Assembly: GCA_044892525.1 (NCBI GenBank)
Contig: CM097885.1
Location: forward strand, 31,560,001-31,624,000
Length of the DNA: 64,000 nt
DNA from: Schmidtea polychroa
Lineage: Eukaryota
Direction: 5' to 3'
The notes beneath the pieces were generated by a model, which was not told the DNA's origin, made no database searches, and saw only the letters and a list, made by a program, of their open reading frames with translations. This document shows positions 1 through 12,730 of the stretch, piece by piece. A program made the position numbers and the translations under genes. Every line of letters begins with the position of its first letter. The first letter of the stretch is position 1.

Positions 1-934
1 AGGGGACCACTACTATTGAAATTTTTTAAGGACGGTCTGATCCTATTAGAATACAAGAATGTTTGGTACCAATTATGATGGGGAATCTTCTTTTATTTCT
101 AGACATGTCAGTACCCAACGCTCCAAACACAGAACTTCGACCCTGGTTTTCTTGTGCCAACAAGAATGAAGATATCATACATCGGGGCCCTTAAAAAACG
201 TATCGATACATACGAAGGCACGTAGTTCTCCCCGTCACAGATGAAGGAAGAGCGGACAAAGATCCTACGATTGGAGTACTGCCGTGACAGCCTCCTGGAA
301 AAAAGCAGATGCCAGCGGCTGACAATTAAGGCCCAATCAGAGGCCCTGCATAAGGTGTATACAGAGGTGTTCGTGAATGTCCGATTCAAGATGGGACCAA
401 TGTGTTCCCGATCCATCACCAAACTAATGGAGAGTCAATGACATGGACCAGCTGCACGGGGCATGGGCCTCAAATGCCGCCCCTTCCCGAACCTACTATG
501 TTGTCTGGCGTCACGCCTGGCTACGTTCCAAGTGCAGCTCTTCCTCCTCCGAACCTACAATCAGCCACGACCTCTACGTCAGGTCCACGAAAGCGAAAAC
601 GGCATACGCGATCCGAAAAGAATCAAAAGCGCCGAGACGCTATCGCAGCCTTGGAAGCATCTCTGTCGGTTGCTCAATCGACCATCAAGGAAATCTCACA
701 AACTCCTTCTACGGCACCTTTGAACCCGAACTGCGAGTTTACTAAAGGTAGTCCTAAGGTAGGGGCTCACCTGTTGGTAAATTTCAACCTATGTGCGCAG
801 TAAGAACGTGTTACATCACCACGTGCACATATAAGGGAGATTAGTTACGATCATCCTGGATATCCAGGGAACCACATGCTTAGCAGATGGGGACAGATTT
901 GCTTTTTATTTTTCCCCTTCCCGGCTATCCAACA
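1..934 (+). mobile_element. 3' part of a giant LTR-like element, paralogue of 53983-59327
   Basis: Ends in CCAACA at 929-934. Carries the same gene as 58033-58794. Shares downstream motifs GGCTCACCTG and ACATCACCACG with ~59140-59200. Confidence 0.65.
105..720 (+). pseudogene. Disrupted copy of the LTR-borne coiled-coil/basic protein gene
   Basis: Translated pieces LKKRIDTYEGT*FSPSQMKEERTKILRLEYCRDSLLE and RKRKRHTRSEKNQKRRDAIAALEASLSVAQS match 58033-58794. Contains a stop and frameshifts. Confidence 0.7.
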
Positions 935-1311
935 CTATGTCTCTATAGTGTAATAGCCAATATAATGTCACCTAGCTAATTCAATGTCCCTTCTGGCTAT
1001 GACACACAAACATTTATTATAAGTAAGTTAATATTTATATTATTAAATTTGCAAATCAATGGCCATTTAATGATAATCAATTGCCGGTTGGTGTATATAT
1101 AATATTAGACAATAAAAATAATTTCAAATTTACATAAATTATGACATTTTAAAATGAACAATTGGAAATTATCCAAAATAAAAAACGAATATGACAAACA
1201 CTCATTTTCACGAATTAATGAAATAAAGAAATTAAAACCAAATAATTAAATATTAACATTTTATATAAATACAAAAAGTCAAGCAAGTTTTTTATTGGAA
1301 AATTTATGAAT

Positions 1312-2001
1312 TTATCTTTTTCTACGATTGTTAGGACTTCTTGATCGTTTAGATTTTTTATATCTATCTCTGGATCGACTTCTAGAAATCCTTCTTTCTC
1401 TGTGTCTCTCACTTCGATCAGTTTCTCTACTATGTTTAGATCGTTTGACTTCATATTTATCAGCATCTACGCAGTTATATCTCTTCTCTCGTTCTATTTT
1501 CATTAATTCATACCTTTCAACTTCTTGATCTAGTTTCATTTTAATTTCATCTGATTCTCCTTGTAGTTCCTTTATTTGTTCATCATACTCTGGTCCACAG
1601 CCTTTTTCGTATAAAAATTTTTTTAATATATCGTTTTCTTCTTTAAATAATGGTGGTAATTTATAATCTTCTACGTGATCAACTTTTAAAACTCGTCCAC
1701 CAAGTTTAATTCCATTGAAATTATCAACAGCTAATGTAGTGCTCCTTTGATCTTCGTAGCAGATAAAACAAAATCCTTTTGATTTTCCTGTATATTTATC
1801 ACGGGCCATGTTAATATTTACAATTTCACCATATTGTGAAAACACACAAATTATATCACCTTCGGAATATTCAAATTTTAATCCACCAACAAATATCCAA
1901 CAGCTCCCTTTAAATATGTTGTGCCAAGAACCGGTGGAGTCTATAATTCCATATCTCAATTCTGTTTCATTGGCTTTTGTAATAGTTTTTATTGTATTCA
2001 T
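1312..2001 (-). CDS. RBMX2: RNA-binding motif protein X-linked 2 (Snu17/Ist3; RES complex splicing factor)
   Basis: SWH...WIFVGGL...SEGDIICVFSQYGEIVNINMARDKYTGKSKGFCFICYEDQRSTTLAVDNFNGIKLGGRVLKVDHV RRM, followed by an RS-rich tail. Intronless ORF. Confidence 0.95.
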   Translation of the reverse strand: MNTIKTITKANETELRYGIIDSTGSWHNIFKGSCWIFVGGLKFEYSEGDIICVFSQYGEIVNINMARDKYTGKSKGFCFICYEDQRSTTLAVDNFNGIKLGGRVLKVDHVEDYKLPPLFKEENDILKKFLYEKGCGPEYDEQIKELQGESDEIKMKLDQEVERYELMKIEREKRYNCVDADKYEVKRSKHSRETDRSERHRERRISRSRSRDRYKKSKRSRSPNNRRKR

Positions 2002-2940
2002 CTATTTAAAAACTAGTTGTAAAAATAAATATTATTTAAACAAATATGTTTAAATAAAAAAATAATTTGTTAGTATTTAAAATTAAGATATATGTTAAAT
2101 ATAATATTCTTAATAAAAATTTCAGTATAAAATAATTAATTTTATTAGCCAATCTGAAAAATTTTAATTTGATTAAAAATGAATGAAAAATTTCGGTTAT
2201 GGGATAGTTATATATAATTTTCTGCAGAAAATATGTCACATGTGATATTTTGATATAAATTATAATTAAATAATCTGTCTTTTAAATTGATCATAATTTA
2301 ATTACAGTATTAAATTTTTTATTTAAAAATATATTTTTTATTACATTTTTAAAAGTTATTAAAATTTCACTAATTATTGTAAAACAGATTATTTTTTATA
2401 ATTTTTTAAAAAGCCACATTCTAACATTAATAATTTAAAAATTATTTCAATTTCAAGATTGTAAAGAATAATTTTTATAGGTACTGTTGTTTGGTATAAA
2501 CGTCTAAAATGTCATCCTATCATGAGAACTCAAACTAACAAATATTTTAGCCGAAGACTTTCAAAAAGACAAATTAAACAAATAAAAACTTTGCAAAAAT
2601 ACGCTCTTTTCCTTATTTGTTACTCTTGCAAACCAAATACCGCTGCAACATTTTTAGATTAATATAAATTAAAAATTAAGTACTCTAATATGGTATATTT
2701 TATTTGGGTCAGATTCCTCAGTTCGGCTTGCAAGAAACTTAATGTTATATGAAACTTGATTTTATGATATTCAAAATCCAATTGCTAAATTTAAGGTTCA
2801 GCTAGTTAAACATAATGAAAGCATATTATTAACTGGAAGGAAATTAAAAACTAAATTAATTTTAAAATAATGTAATATTGTTGAAAAATCTGAACTGAAA
2901 ACAAGAAAATATATTTAATATAAAATAAGAAAATTTAAAC

Positions 2941-3459
2941 TTATTTTGTTTCTTTTTTCATTTGCGCTATTCTTTTTTCTTTTTTCTGTAATTTAGACTT
3001 AAATGTTTTCCAACTTTTTCGTTCAGCTTCGCACATTGCATCTACTTCTTGCAACAATTCAACTCTGGCTTGTTTTATTTTTGATCGACCCTCCATGTAG
3101 GCTTCTTTGTTTTTCTGTCTCTTTCTTTGTCTGATTTTGTTGCCTAATTTTTCTTCATCCATTTTTGGTCTAAGCGACTTTAAATCACAAATAGCTTTAT
3201 CATTGTGTCTATCGAATTGAACTTTACAAGTACCATCAATAAATGTATCTATAATAACTGCATTGTAATAATTATTATCTTGCCATAACGCTTGACATCC
3301 ATCGCCAATTTTCCATATTGGCTCCTCAATCTCTTTTGCTAATGTTAAAAGTTCTTCTATATTTTGCTTTTGCTCAATTAATTCTTCATTATCTGGGTCT
3401 ATTGATAAGGCTTTTATTATTTCATCGAATACATTTTGATAGTAAGTCAAATCTTCCAT
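2941..3459 (-). CDS. SMNDC1: Survival motor neuron-related splicing factor 30 (Tudor domain)
   Basis: N-terminal ALSIDPDNEELIEQKQNIEELLTL, Tudor domain WKIGDGCQALWQDNNYYNAVI, basic region and C-terminal RKSWKTF motif, typical of SPF30. Confidence 0.85.
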   Translation of the reverse strand: MEDLTYYQNVFDEIIKALSIDPDNEELIEQKQNIEELLTLAKEIEEPIWKIGDGCQALWQDNNYYNAVIIDTFIDGTCKVQFDRHNDKAICDLKSLRPKMDEEKLGNKIRQRKRQKNKEAYMEGRSKIKQARVELLQEVDAMCEAERKSWKTFKSKLQKKEKRIAQMKKETK

Positions 3460-4361
3460 TTGATTAAGAAATATTAAAACTTACAAAACAATATTTAAAC
3501 AAATTTTAATATGAAATTTATCAATGAATATATCTGTCAAGTAAAAAAGTCAAACTCTAAAAATTAATTATTTTTAATAAATTATAAAAAATTAAATATA
3601 TTTAGAGTAAAATAATAATAAAAATTTAGCATAGTTTGCGAACACTAATAATCATGTTTATTTAAATGATATAACTATAAATTAACTAATTTTTTTAAAA
3701 TATAAATATAATGGCAACTTAATGTTTTGTTATAAATTTCATATATGAATGATTTTAATCATTTCATACCTTGTCCATTTCTGCTTATTACATATTCCTC
3801 CGATAATGCACTTCGATTATCAACTTAGTTTTTCATCTACATCTGTATCTTTGTGATGAAGACTTTCCCACATGATCTCATTGTTACTTTTCAAATCGAG
3901 TGATAAGTGAATTTGGTAAAATATCAATCAGCCAGCTTCCAAAAAGAGGCGAGTACAGTTTCCGAAATAGCGTTGGGATAAAACCTACAGATGGCTGAGG
4001 TCACTCAAATAGTTCTTGGGCAAAAACTGGCATTAGGCCCAGGCATAAGAAACGTGAAAAATGCGTCAGAACATAACACGCAAACGTAGCAGTAAGTCGA
4101 GTTAAATTAGAAAAACGTTAAAACAATAAATAAACATAACAAATTGAATCCACACCAAAGTAATAAACCCAAGTTTTAAGAAAAATCAAACAAAAGTAAA
4201 AAGTAATACACGAACCAAATTCAAACACAACGTAAATACATAACAGAAGTAAGCAAATTTGAATTAATGAGTTTTAGTATAGGGTTTGGAATTTCGGGAT
4301 TCCGCAGTTTTTAGAAATCCTGGGATTTGACTTCGTAAGCCTAAAAGTAAAAATAAAATTC

Positions 4362-5030
4362 TGTTGGCGTTTTTTGAAGTCAGAAAATTAAAACAACGGT
4401 TGATCAGGGTATGCGAGTGCTACTTTCTACGGATGGTCATGATACAGAATGGTTAAGAAGAACTAAGTCGAAGATAGTCTGGACTCTTGAGAAACCGCCA
4501 CACGACTATTTCATACGACAGAGCACCCATGATTGGAATCATGTTGGTAGTGTACAGAGTCCGTGAAACCTATAGAGATCGGGGCGATGTTAGTGCCCGT
4601 AAAGATGAGGTCTGCGCGCGACATGGAGACTAGATAGCGCCATATACCCTGTGCAGGCCGAATTAAGAGAGATAGCTGGGACCTCCGCCAAATTATGGAA
4701 TGGAAGTAAGTTGCAATGATCGGCCGCCGGAAGTTCTCCCATTAGTTTTTGGTATAAACCTGATAGGAAGCCTCAGATTACTACCTTATCCGGGTTTACT
4801 AACACGATTTTCTTCAAGCAGGTTGTCACTACAGTGTTCCAGCCGCAATGATTTCTTATTGGCTTCCTTCATCTTAACGGAGTGAACCATGTCCCTTCCA
4901 GATGGTCGATCTTCTTCCTTAACAATCTGATTACTTCCTGCTGTTTCGGAATAGTGGCATTTTTATCCGAACATAAGAAGCAAAGTTGGATTTGTACCTT
5001 CGAGGAGGAGTTTGTCGTCATTATCTAAAA
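4362..5030 (-). mobile_element. Inverted 3' part of another diverged giant-LTR-like copy
   Basis: TGTTGGCGT at 4362 is the reverse complement of the ACGCCAACA terminus seen at 59327. Carries the homologous gene on the minus strand. Confidence 0.6.
4735..5021 (-). pseudogene. Third copy of the LTR-borne gene (not in the ORF track)
   Basis: Manual translation from ATG 5021: MTTNSSSKVQIQLCFLCSDKNATIPKQQEVIRLLRKKIDHLEGTWFHSVKMKEANKKSLRLEHCSDNLLEEN. Aligns with 58033 (CFSCADKNA...KKRIDLYEGTWF...MKEE...LRLEHCRDSLLEE). Confidence 0.75.
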
Positions 5031-5545
5031 TTAATGAAATTGAAAATATTAATTTAAGATTGGTGGGGTAGACTAAAATGAGGTTCGAGTTTGACTGAGG
5101 ATGGATTTGTGATAATGGAGAGGGAACACGACTTGGTCCGGTGATAATAATAACAGGGTAAGGTGACTACTAATACTTATGATAAAATTAATGCTAGACA
5201 CTTCCTAATAAGACGTAAATGGGGAAAACCCCGATTTGGGTGAACCAACCTTAAAACTTTTAAACAATTCGATTACCTGAAAAACTCCCTTTACTTGCCT
5301 TGACATTAAGGAACATAGTGATCCTGAAATTGTCGCCTGAAATTTATAATCTCTACGCAAATTTTTAACGAGCCATTATAACCCGGTTGGTTCTAATTAT
5401 GAAAGCAAATAGTAGAAATAAATATTGGCGACATCACTAATAGTAGTAATGAGTCTGAGAGATCCCTCATCAAATAGGACTTCCTCCAAGTCGTTTCCCC
5501 TCATTATCGTTTACTCACTTAAAATAGTGAACTGATATATAGTTT

Positions 5546-5548
<3 letters not shown>

Positions 5549-5623
<75 letters not shown>
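5549..5623. repeat. (TA)n microsatellite
   Basis: Perfect dinucleotide run. Confidence 0.95.
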
Positions 5624-5626
<3 letters not shown>

Positions 5627-7689
5627 TAGGTTACAGGCAATCAAACATTTTACCTCGTCGTGCTGTTTCCAGCGTAACCCAGAATAGGATGTCTAGTTGC
5701 CACCTGACACCCGTTGGATGATCCACGCTAGTAATGTGTAAAGTGGGTGAGTGCCAACAAAATGTGAGCGCGATCCCTCACTTTAATTGACAAGCACTCC
5801 CTTGGATTCACGGACTACCGGTAGAAGGTTATGTTCGCTTTGCACGGTCCCTGTCGTCCGATTGTGTTCCCCATAACTCACTATGACCTGGTATTCTTTC
5901 ATTGTCTCAGCTCATACTGCCATTCATATAGATCATCATTGTTCATGAGTCAATCTATTCTACCCTCTCTGACCCAGTCGTCGAATAAAAAGAAATAACT
6001 CGAAATGTGTAAGATAAAGGCTTTAATTCGCTACTATATTAAATTTGTCACCGTAAAATATAAAAAAAATCAATGGATTGTGCTGATTTGTTCACCCGTC
6101 TCGAGCTTCCGTTGTGATTATGGTAACCAAAAGATGTGGGGTCCCAGTAAGTTCCTGGGACGACAGATGGAGCGCCGTTAGTCGGTTCCGCGCATTCCGG
6201 CCAGGTCATTTTCTTTTGTTTCGATTTGCAGATGAAGCGGATAGGTGGATTTCCGCGAGTTCCATCGCCACGGGTAGATCCGCTTGGTCCCTCCAGTTTT
6301 CATATGTGTAATTTGAGGGCACGGATCTCGGTTTAATCCTGTGTGCCTTGTAGCTGCAACTGTTGGATGAGTTGCATCCGTTTTTGCATCATTTCTGGGG
6401 CGAAACCTTCCAGTTTCAGGCATCATACCTTGGATTTGGTGACTCTGCGTTGAAGAGCTTCCACCTGTGTTTCAGCCTTTTCCGGTCTATAGACATTTTT
6501 GAAAGGAATTCAGTCATCTGCAATTGAAAAAATGTTAAACATCGCGAAGCAGCATCGTATATCTATGGTTAAATATTAAATTAGATCAAGATGATGTACG
6601 TATTCCCAACTTCCCGATTATGAAGCAACTATAGGACTTCCTCGGATCACTGGTTTGGTATCATTCCAGAAAGCACAGGGTCTCAGTCTTCTACCTTGCT
6701 TCCCTTACTGGTTGGATAGTTAACTGATTTCTCTGAGATCTTTCACCGATTCAATTGCTTCTACCATCCCTCACTCGCTATTTATATTCACTCTGCATAC
6801 ATGATAATTGCAATTCAAGTAATATACTATTAATTGATAACACACGACAATTTGATGCTACCCAATCCCAATGTTTTAATGTTCCGGGATTGTTGTTTTA
6901 TTTCGGATCAGCGTGTCCACTTAGCGTAGTCCTTGTCAGCCCCGCCTTGCCGATTTACGGTGTCGGTCACGTTTCCTGGGTGGAGACGCATCTCTTACCT
7001 TCCGGTCTGACTGAGCCTGCCAGGCGTTTAGGCCTGCAAGTAATACGGGATCCATGAGGGACCAGCCATCTCCGTCGGGATTCTCGATGATGATCGCCCG
7101 GATCTCTTGGTCTACTCGTTTTTCAGTTGGCCGTTTTGGCCTGACTTAGAAAGACCTCTTTTTTGGGGGCTTGTTTTCCACTAGCGATATCAGGTCGCTC
7201 TTGGTGGAAGCCGTCTTTCCATGAGTGGATCTTGTACCAGATCCACTCGGTACGCAACCTGGTGAGTGTCTTGGCTGGTGGGTCGGTAGCGGGGTTTTCT
7301 TCTTGCTCGTACATAGCGTTTCGATACTGTCCCTCAGAAGATGGGCAAGCTTCACACTCTTCTTCATGGTCCCTGAAGTTAGACATTCTGAATGAAAGTC
7401 GATATGGCACTAGAGTAATTTAATCACACGTTGAAATCAATATTCCTTATAAGGGGTTACAGATGATTTTGTTGAAGGTTAAAGTCAACGGTTATTATTT
7501 CGATTTGATCTTAATTACAGTTGTAGCTAATAAAAAAAATTTTGGGGTAATTTTAAATTCCCCATTATGTAATTTTGCTCAATTTAAAATTATTTATTTT
7601 TTATTTGTAATTTAGTATATACATCAAATTTTACTGACGTCACTGAAGTTAATCCAGCCGATGGCGGCAGTATTAGGGGCAAGTTCATA

Positions 7690-8053
7690 CTTGATCTGAT
7701 TATTTTTTTAAAAGTGGCATCCTTCCTGATGCTCAATTTCTTTTTTTAATTCGTGCACGCAATAATATCCTAAAACTGAATTATACACCTCACCGCCTTA
7801 AGACCAAAAATCGATCCTTTGTAGACATTGTCATGCTCACCCCGAAACACCTGCGCACATCTTCAATCACTGCCAGGCTCGAATAAACGCGCGAAGAAAT
7901 AAACATGATAATGTTCTGAAAACAGTTGCTGAATTCCTTATTTCACTCGACTATCAGGTGGATATTGAGAAAATGCCTGAGGGCACGTCCTCGACTCTTA
8001 TACCTGATCTCCTCCTTAAATCAAAACGCAATAAAGCTATCCTTATTAATTAA
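7690..8053 (+). mobile_element. Fragment of an RLE-type (R2/NeSL/R4-like) non-LTR retrotransposon ORF
   Basis: Manual translation: ...IRARNNIL...CRHCHAHPETPAHIFNHC (CCHC knuckle)...RRNKHDNVL...LIPDLLLK, i.e. the RHD-like and PD motifs of the restriction-like endonuclease. Confidence 0.8.
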
Positions 8054-9123
8054 TTACTAACTTAACAAAAACGATAAACATAAAATTAAATATGATTAAA
8101 TGTAAATATAATTTTACTAATTAACTAAATCTATCTTTAAATATACCACTCAGATAATATTATTATTACTATTTTTGTTACAAAAATTAATGAATATACC
8201 ATAGGGATATATGTATATGTATGTGTATAGAGGCATCTACACTCACACCGGGTAAATGTAATATTCCTTGTAGGGAATCTGCCCGTTGATGAGAATTTTT
8301 ATGATTTCATATATTTATGTATACACTTACTCCTTAATCCACCTCCTTCTATAACTACTATAATAAATAAGCTAATATTATCGCTATAATCCTCGCATTG
8401 GGAGTCTTTCTACTCCAAAAAACTACTAATTATTAATAGACGACATGCCAAAACATCAAGGTATTGATGAAATCGAAGAAATTCCGAAAACAAAGCTAAA
8501 GATTAACTAGATCAGCCTCGTTAACTGGATACCAGCAGGATCAATACAACTAAACATAAGTTATCTTATTTTTACGAAACTCAAACGGACCCAAAAGGCC
8601 ATGGCTTGCCATAATTATTTTATCTACAGCCTGATGGATACCTGAGTCTGAAATTCCATGAAACCTGTATACCCAAGAAATACCACTGTACTAACGATAG
8701 AGCCGCGGCTCATCGTTCAGAGAATGAAAAACTCAAAGTATTGGAATCCAAAGGGTGAGAATCTCTCCCCTTCACCCTTAGCCGGCAAGATAGTTTACTA
8801 AAATAAAATTTGATTTTTTTTATTAGCGAGGGAGAGGCAGAGGGGATTGCATAAATAGGTAAAATGCAGGTAAATAATTTACTTAATGCAATATGTAAAC
8901 AAAAAAGTGGAGCTTTATTACATAATACCACAAATCGATCATTTCATTTGAATACAATTTCTTGTTTAAATTACTAAAATATAATTAAATATTTAGCAAT
9001 GCAGCAAAAACTGTAAAATATATACAGTATAAAAACTAAAAAATTGAGAATATGTACATTTAGGCTCAAAACTTACCAGCTATGAAAATCCTGAATTTAA
9101 ATTTTATAAGTTTTAATTAGAAA

Positions 9124-12100
9124 TTAGAAATTCTTCTTTCTTGCTTTTAAGTTTGCAAACTCATTGAGTAAATCTGCATAATTTATTTTCGCTGCTTCTT
9201 TGTGTTCAATAGATAGTATTGCAAGATTACGCAACCTGCTTTGGCCAATAGAATTTCTTTTATGTTCCTTTATAATTTTCAATTTGCTAAATGAGCGTTC
9301 GACACCAGCAACTGTAACCGGAAGTGTCAAGAACAACATGAAAGCTGTATATATTTCAGAAAATTCACTTTCTAAACAGTTGTACTTTGTGAGAAACAAT
9401 TTAAAAAAAGTTTTTATAGTCATTTTTTCATTTAATTCTTGCCTTATTAGACAAATTGCATGCAGAAACTGAATGTGAAACTCTGAGGTGATCACTTCTG
9501 GGTATTTCTTTTCGAAGTTTGAGCATAATTTTAAAATGTCTGCTTCAGGCAAATTGACAATGTTTTTAGGCTCAAGAAATCCAATTTTTTTAACAATTGT
9601 TTGCATCCCTATAAAACGCTGCTTAATCTGAGCATTTATTTTGTCCAACACGAAATAAAATACTTCAACTTTGAATAATTGTTCCTTGCTGTCAAAGCGA
9701 TAATCTGAAGCTAACTCATCAAAATGTCGTCGAATGCGTGGCTGTCGTTTTGGTTGAAAATTAGTGTCAATTTTCCACTTTTGGCTTGTTCTACAGCTTC
9801 TAATTTCAGTTGTTCATACGATTTTCTAAAGTCTTGGATATTCTCACTGACACGATTTAACACAAGAGACGCTTCATCTAAGTCAATGTCTTTCTTCTAC
9901 AGAGTTTTGGATGCATAATTAATTTCGCACATGACTTTATATAAAAATATACTCAGAAAAACAAAATCAAATGTCTCCATCTTTTTATGTATTTGAATTG
10001 CCTCATCTCTCTCTTCCTTTTTTTTGGATTTAAGACTGATTCAGTCAAAGCTTTTATTATATCAACAAAACGAACTTTAACAGCTGCTAGGGACTGTATT
10101 CTACCTGACCGAGTTGGATTAAGTTTTTAAGGTCATCTGTGGCTCGCCACTAAATTGAGAAAGAAGATCCCACCTCTTTATACTGTTTCCAAAAAATATA
10201 ACGAAACTGCGTGGCAGTCACTAATATAGTCATTAATTATTAAATTGAGATTGTGACTGCCGCAATACACATACTCTGCATTTGGTTGAATCCGTTTAAT
10301 CCTTGTTTGTACACAATATACACACCACTCATGACACTAGCCCCATCATAGCCCTGTCCATAGCATTTTCCTATTGGAATATTCATTTCCATCAGTATCT
10401 TCATTACCTGATCAGTCATACCTTCTGCGGAATGGTCCTTTAATTCATAAAGTCCTATTGGTATTTGGTTAGTGCTCCGAAGAATGTGAACATGTCGTAT
10501 AATAATACTTAGTTGATAAATTTTTGTGATGTCTTGTGTTGTGTCCAACATTAGAGTATAAAATGGCATCGCATTAATCTTTAATATAAATTCTTTTAGA
10601 AGTTTTTCTCCCAAACATTTTATTAGTTCATTTTGAATTGTTGGACTTACATATCTAATTGATACAGATGGCATATCTATTATCTGCTTCATGACATCAT
10701 CATAATGGGCAAGCAATTGAACCTGTGAAAGAAAATTTCCATTATAATCATCTGAAAATCCTTCTCGATGTCCACGAAATGATAAAAAATCTTTGGCTAG
10801 CATGAGCGTTATACGGATTAAACGTTCCAGAACCATCTTCCAAAAAGAGGCTTCATATCGTATTTGACCTTCAGCATTTTTATCGATGGTTTCTTTCTTT
10901 CTCCACATCTCGTACACTGCACATGCTCCAATGTGTTGTTGAGAACCACTATGCGCATTTATGCGTGATGATAAATTTTGCCAATCTCTTATACCAGAAC
11001 ACCATTGGCCTTTGATATTCGAAAAAAGCCAACAAGGTTCACAATATGCTGCGTCTAAAACAGTGGAATAACAGACCCACAAACGTGATTCTGGACCATA
11101 TTTTGCCCAAGAGCAATAATTCGTTTCACTAAAACACCTATTTTCTTGTTCAGGATCTTTAGGAAACGGCCCTTTTGGTCTATGAGGTGAAAGATTTATT
11201 AATATTCTCTTTGTTTCATCAGAAATATTTTGATTTAGATATTTACCAAGATCAGTTGAACATTTAATTTGTCCGTGTCAGTTTGAATAATATCGTGATC
11301 ATCAGTTGGCACTTCTTTTAATACATTATGTTGAGGTCGCACTTTTTAAAACCCCAACTTACTGGTTCTTATATAATTATTTGAATAAAAACAAATCTGT
11401 TCAACAAAATTTATTAATAAATAAAATTAACCTTTTAATTACAAACTTTATCTTTTAAGTCTTCCAGAAATTCACTATTTTCAACGATGCGTGTTATATA
11501 CTGTTATTATGTATATCGTGCATGTTGTTTTAGAATTGCAGACTTAATATGTTAGACTTTCTGTACTGTCTTATTTTGAAATCTCGTAGAGATTGCCTCT
11601 TCAAGATTCAGGAATAACCTAAGAAATTTTGGGCGAATTTACTGAATTTTGGTGTGGTATATATATTATTTTTAAGTAACAGTAAAATAAAATATTTTAA
11701 TTTCCGGCATATACGCACGGAATATTATATTCATTTTTTATATATTTATTATATCCTGCTGTTCTTATAACAGATGTTATTATTTATTTTATGTCTTTTA
11801 TTAATATTAATTTTAAAATATATTAATTTCCGGCTTGTACGCACGGAATATATAATTTTCTAATATTGTTAAAATATAATTAAATATATTTTTGTATAAT
11901 ATACATTGTACTTTAAATAATTTGTCTTGACTATAATAATTAATAGTTTTATAATAATAATCAATATTTTATAATATAATAATTTATTAAATCCCCTTTT
12001 TATTATAACGTTAAGTGTGTTGATAAAATTTAATCAATAACATATTCTCAATACAAAATAAATAACCAATGAATAAAAAATAATCAATACATAATAAATT

Positions 12101-12730
12101 GTCAGTAAAGATAAATCAAATGCAGTCAATAGTCAGTAAATGATAAGGATAAAGAATAAATGTAAAAATATATACATATACAATAAATGAATAAAATTAA
12201 TACATAAATGTCAAGAATAATGATTGTCAAAATAAAATATGTACATTGTTAATTGGATTAATAGGATCACAAGGGATAATTATTGTTTTTTTGTATTGTA
12301 TTGGATTGGATTGAACTGTTGGGGAATTGGATTGATAGGTATGGTGAAGCTTTAGACATATGGAGAAGTTTTGTCTAATTCCGCTCTTCGGCGAACACAT
12401 TAACCCTATATTTGTTTGCCCCCGTTCTGTAATACTTATCTAGGGTAAATGTAGTGATGGGCCTGCCCTCATCATCTAACAATTACAATTTTTCTCTTCG
12501 CAAATGTTCACTAATTGGACATCATCAAACCCATCATCCTGACGCCTCAGTATGATTTCATTGTTGTTTTCCACTCTTACAGTACACATACTTGCTTGAC
12601 TGTCAGTACTTTTTCTAAGAAATAAATCAAGTTTTGGTAATTTTTTTAATTCTGCTTCTTTCTGTTTTTTCAATTTACTTTTGAGTGCTCCACTCTTTGT
12701 TTTCGTTTTTAAATTTTTTGGATTATCCAT
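9124..12730 (-). pseudogene. Degraded hAT (ZMYM1-like) transposase
   Basis: Fragments contain TTF zinc finger (WVCYS...AYCEPCWLF), MLDTTQD, GQGYDGASVM and hAT dimerisation motif LTLPVTVAGVERSFSKLKIIK. Frameshifted and interrupted by a solo LTR. Confidence 0.9.
11329..12397. mobile_element. Solo LTR (1069 bp), BEL/Pao- or Copia-like
   Basis: TGTT...AACA ends flanked by a 5-bp direct repeat CATTA (11324-11328, 12398-12402). Non-coding and splits the hAT transposase. Confidence 0.75.
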
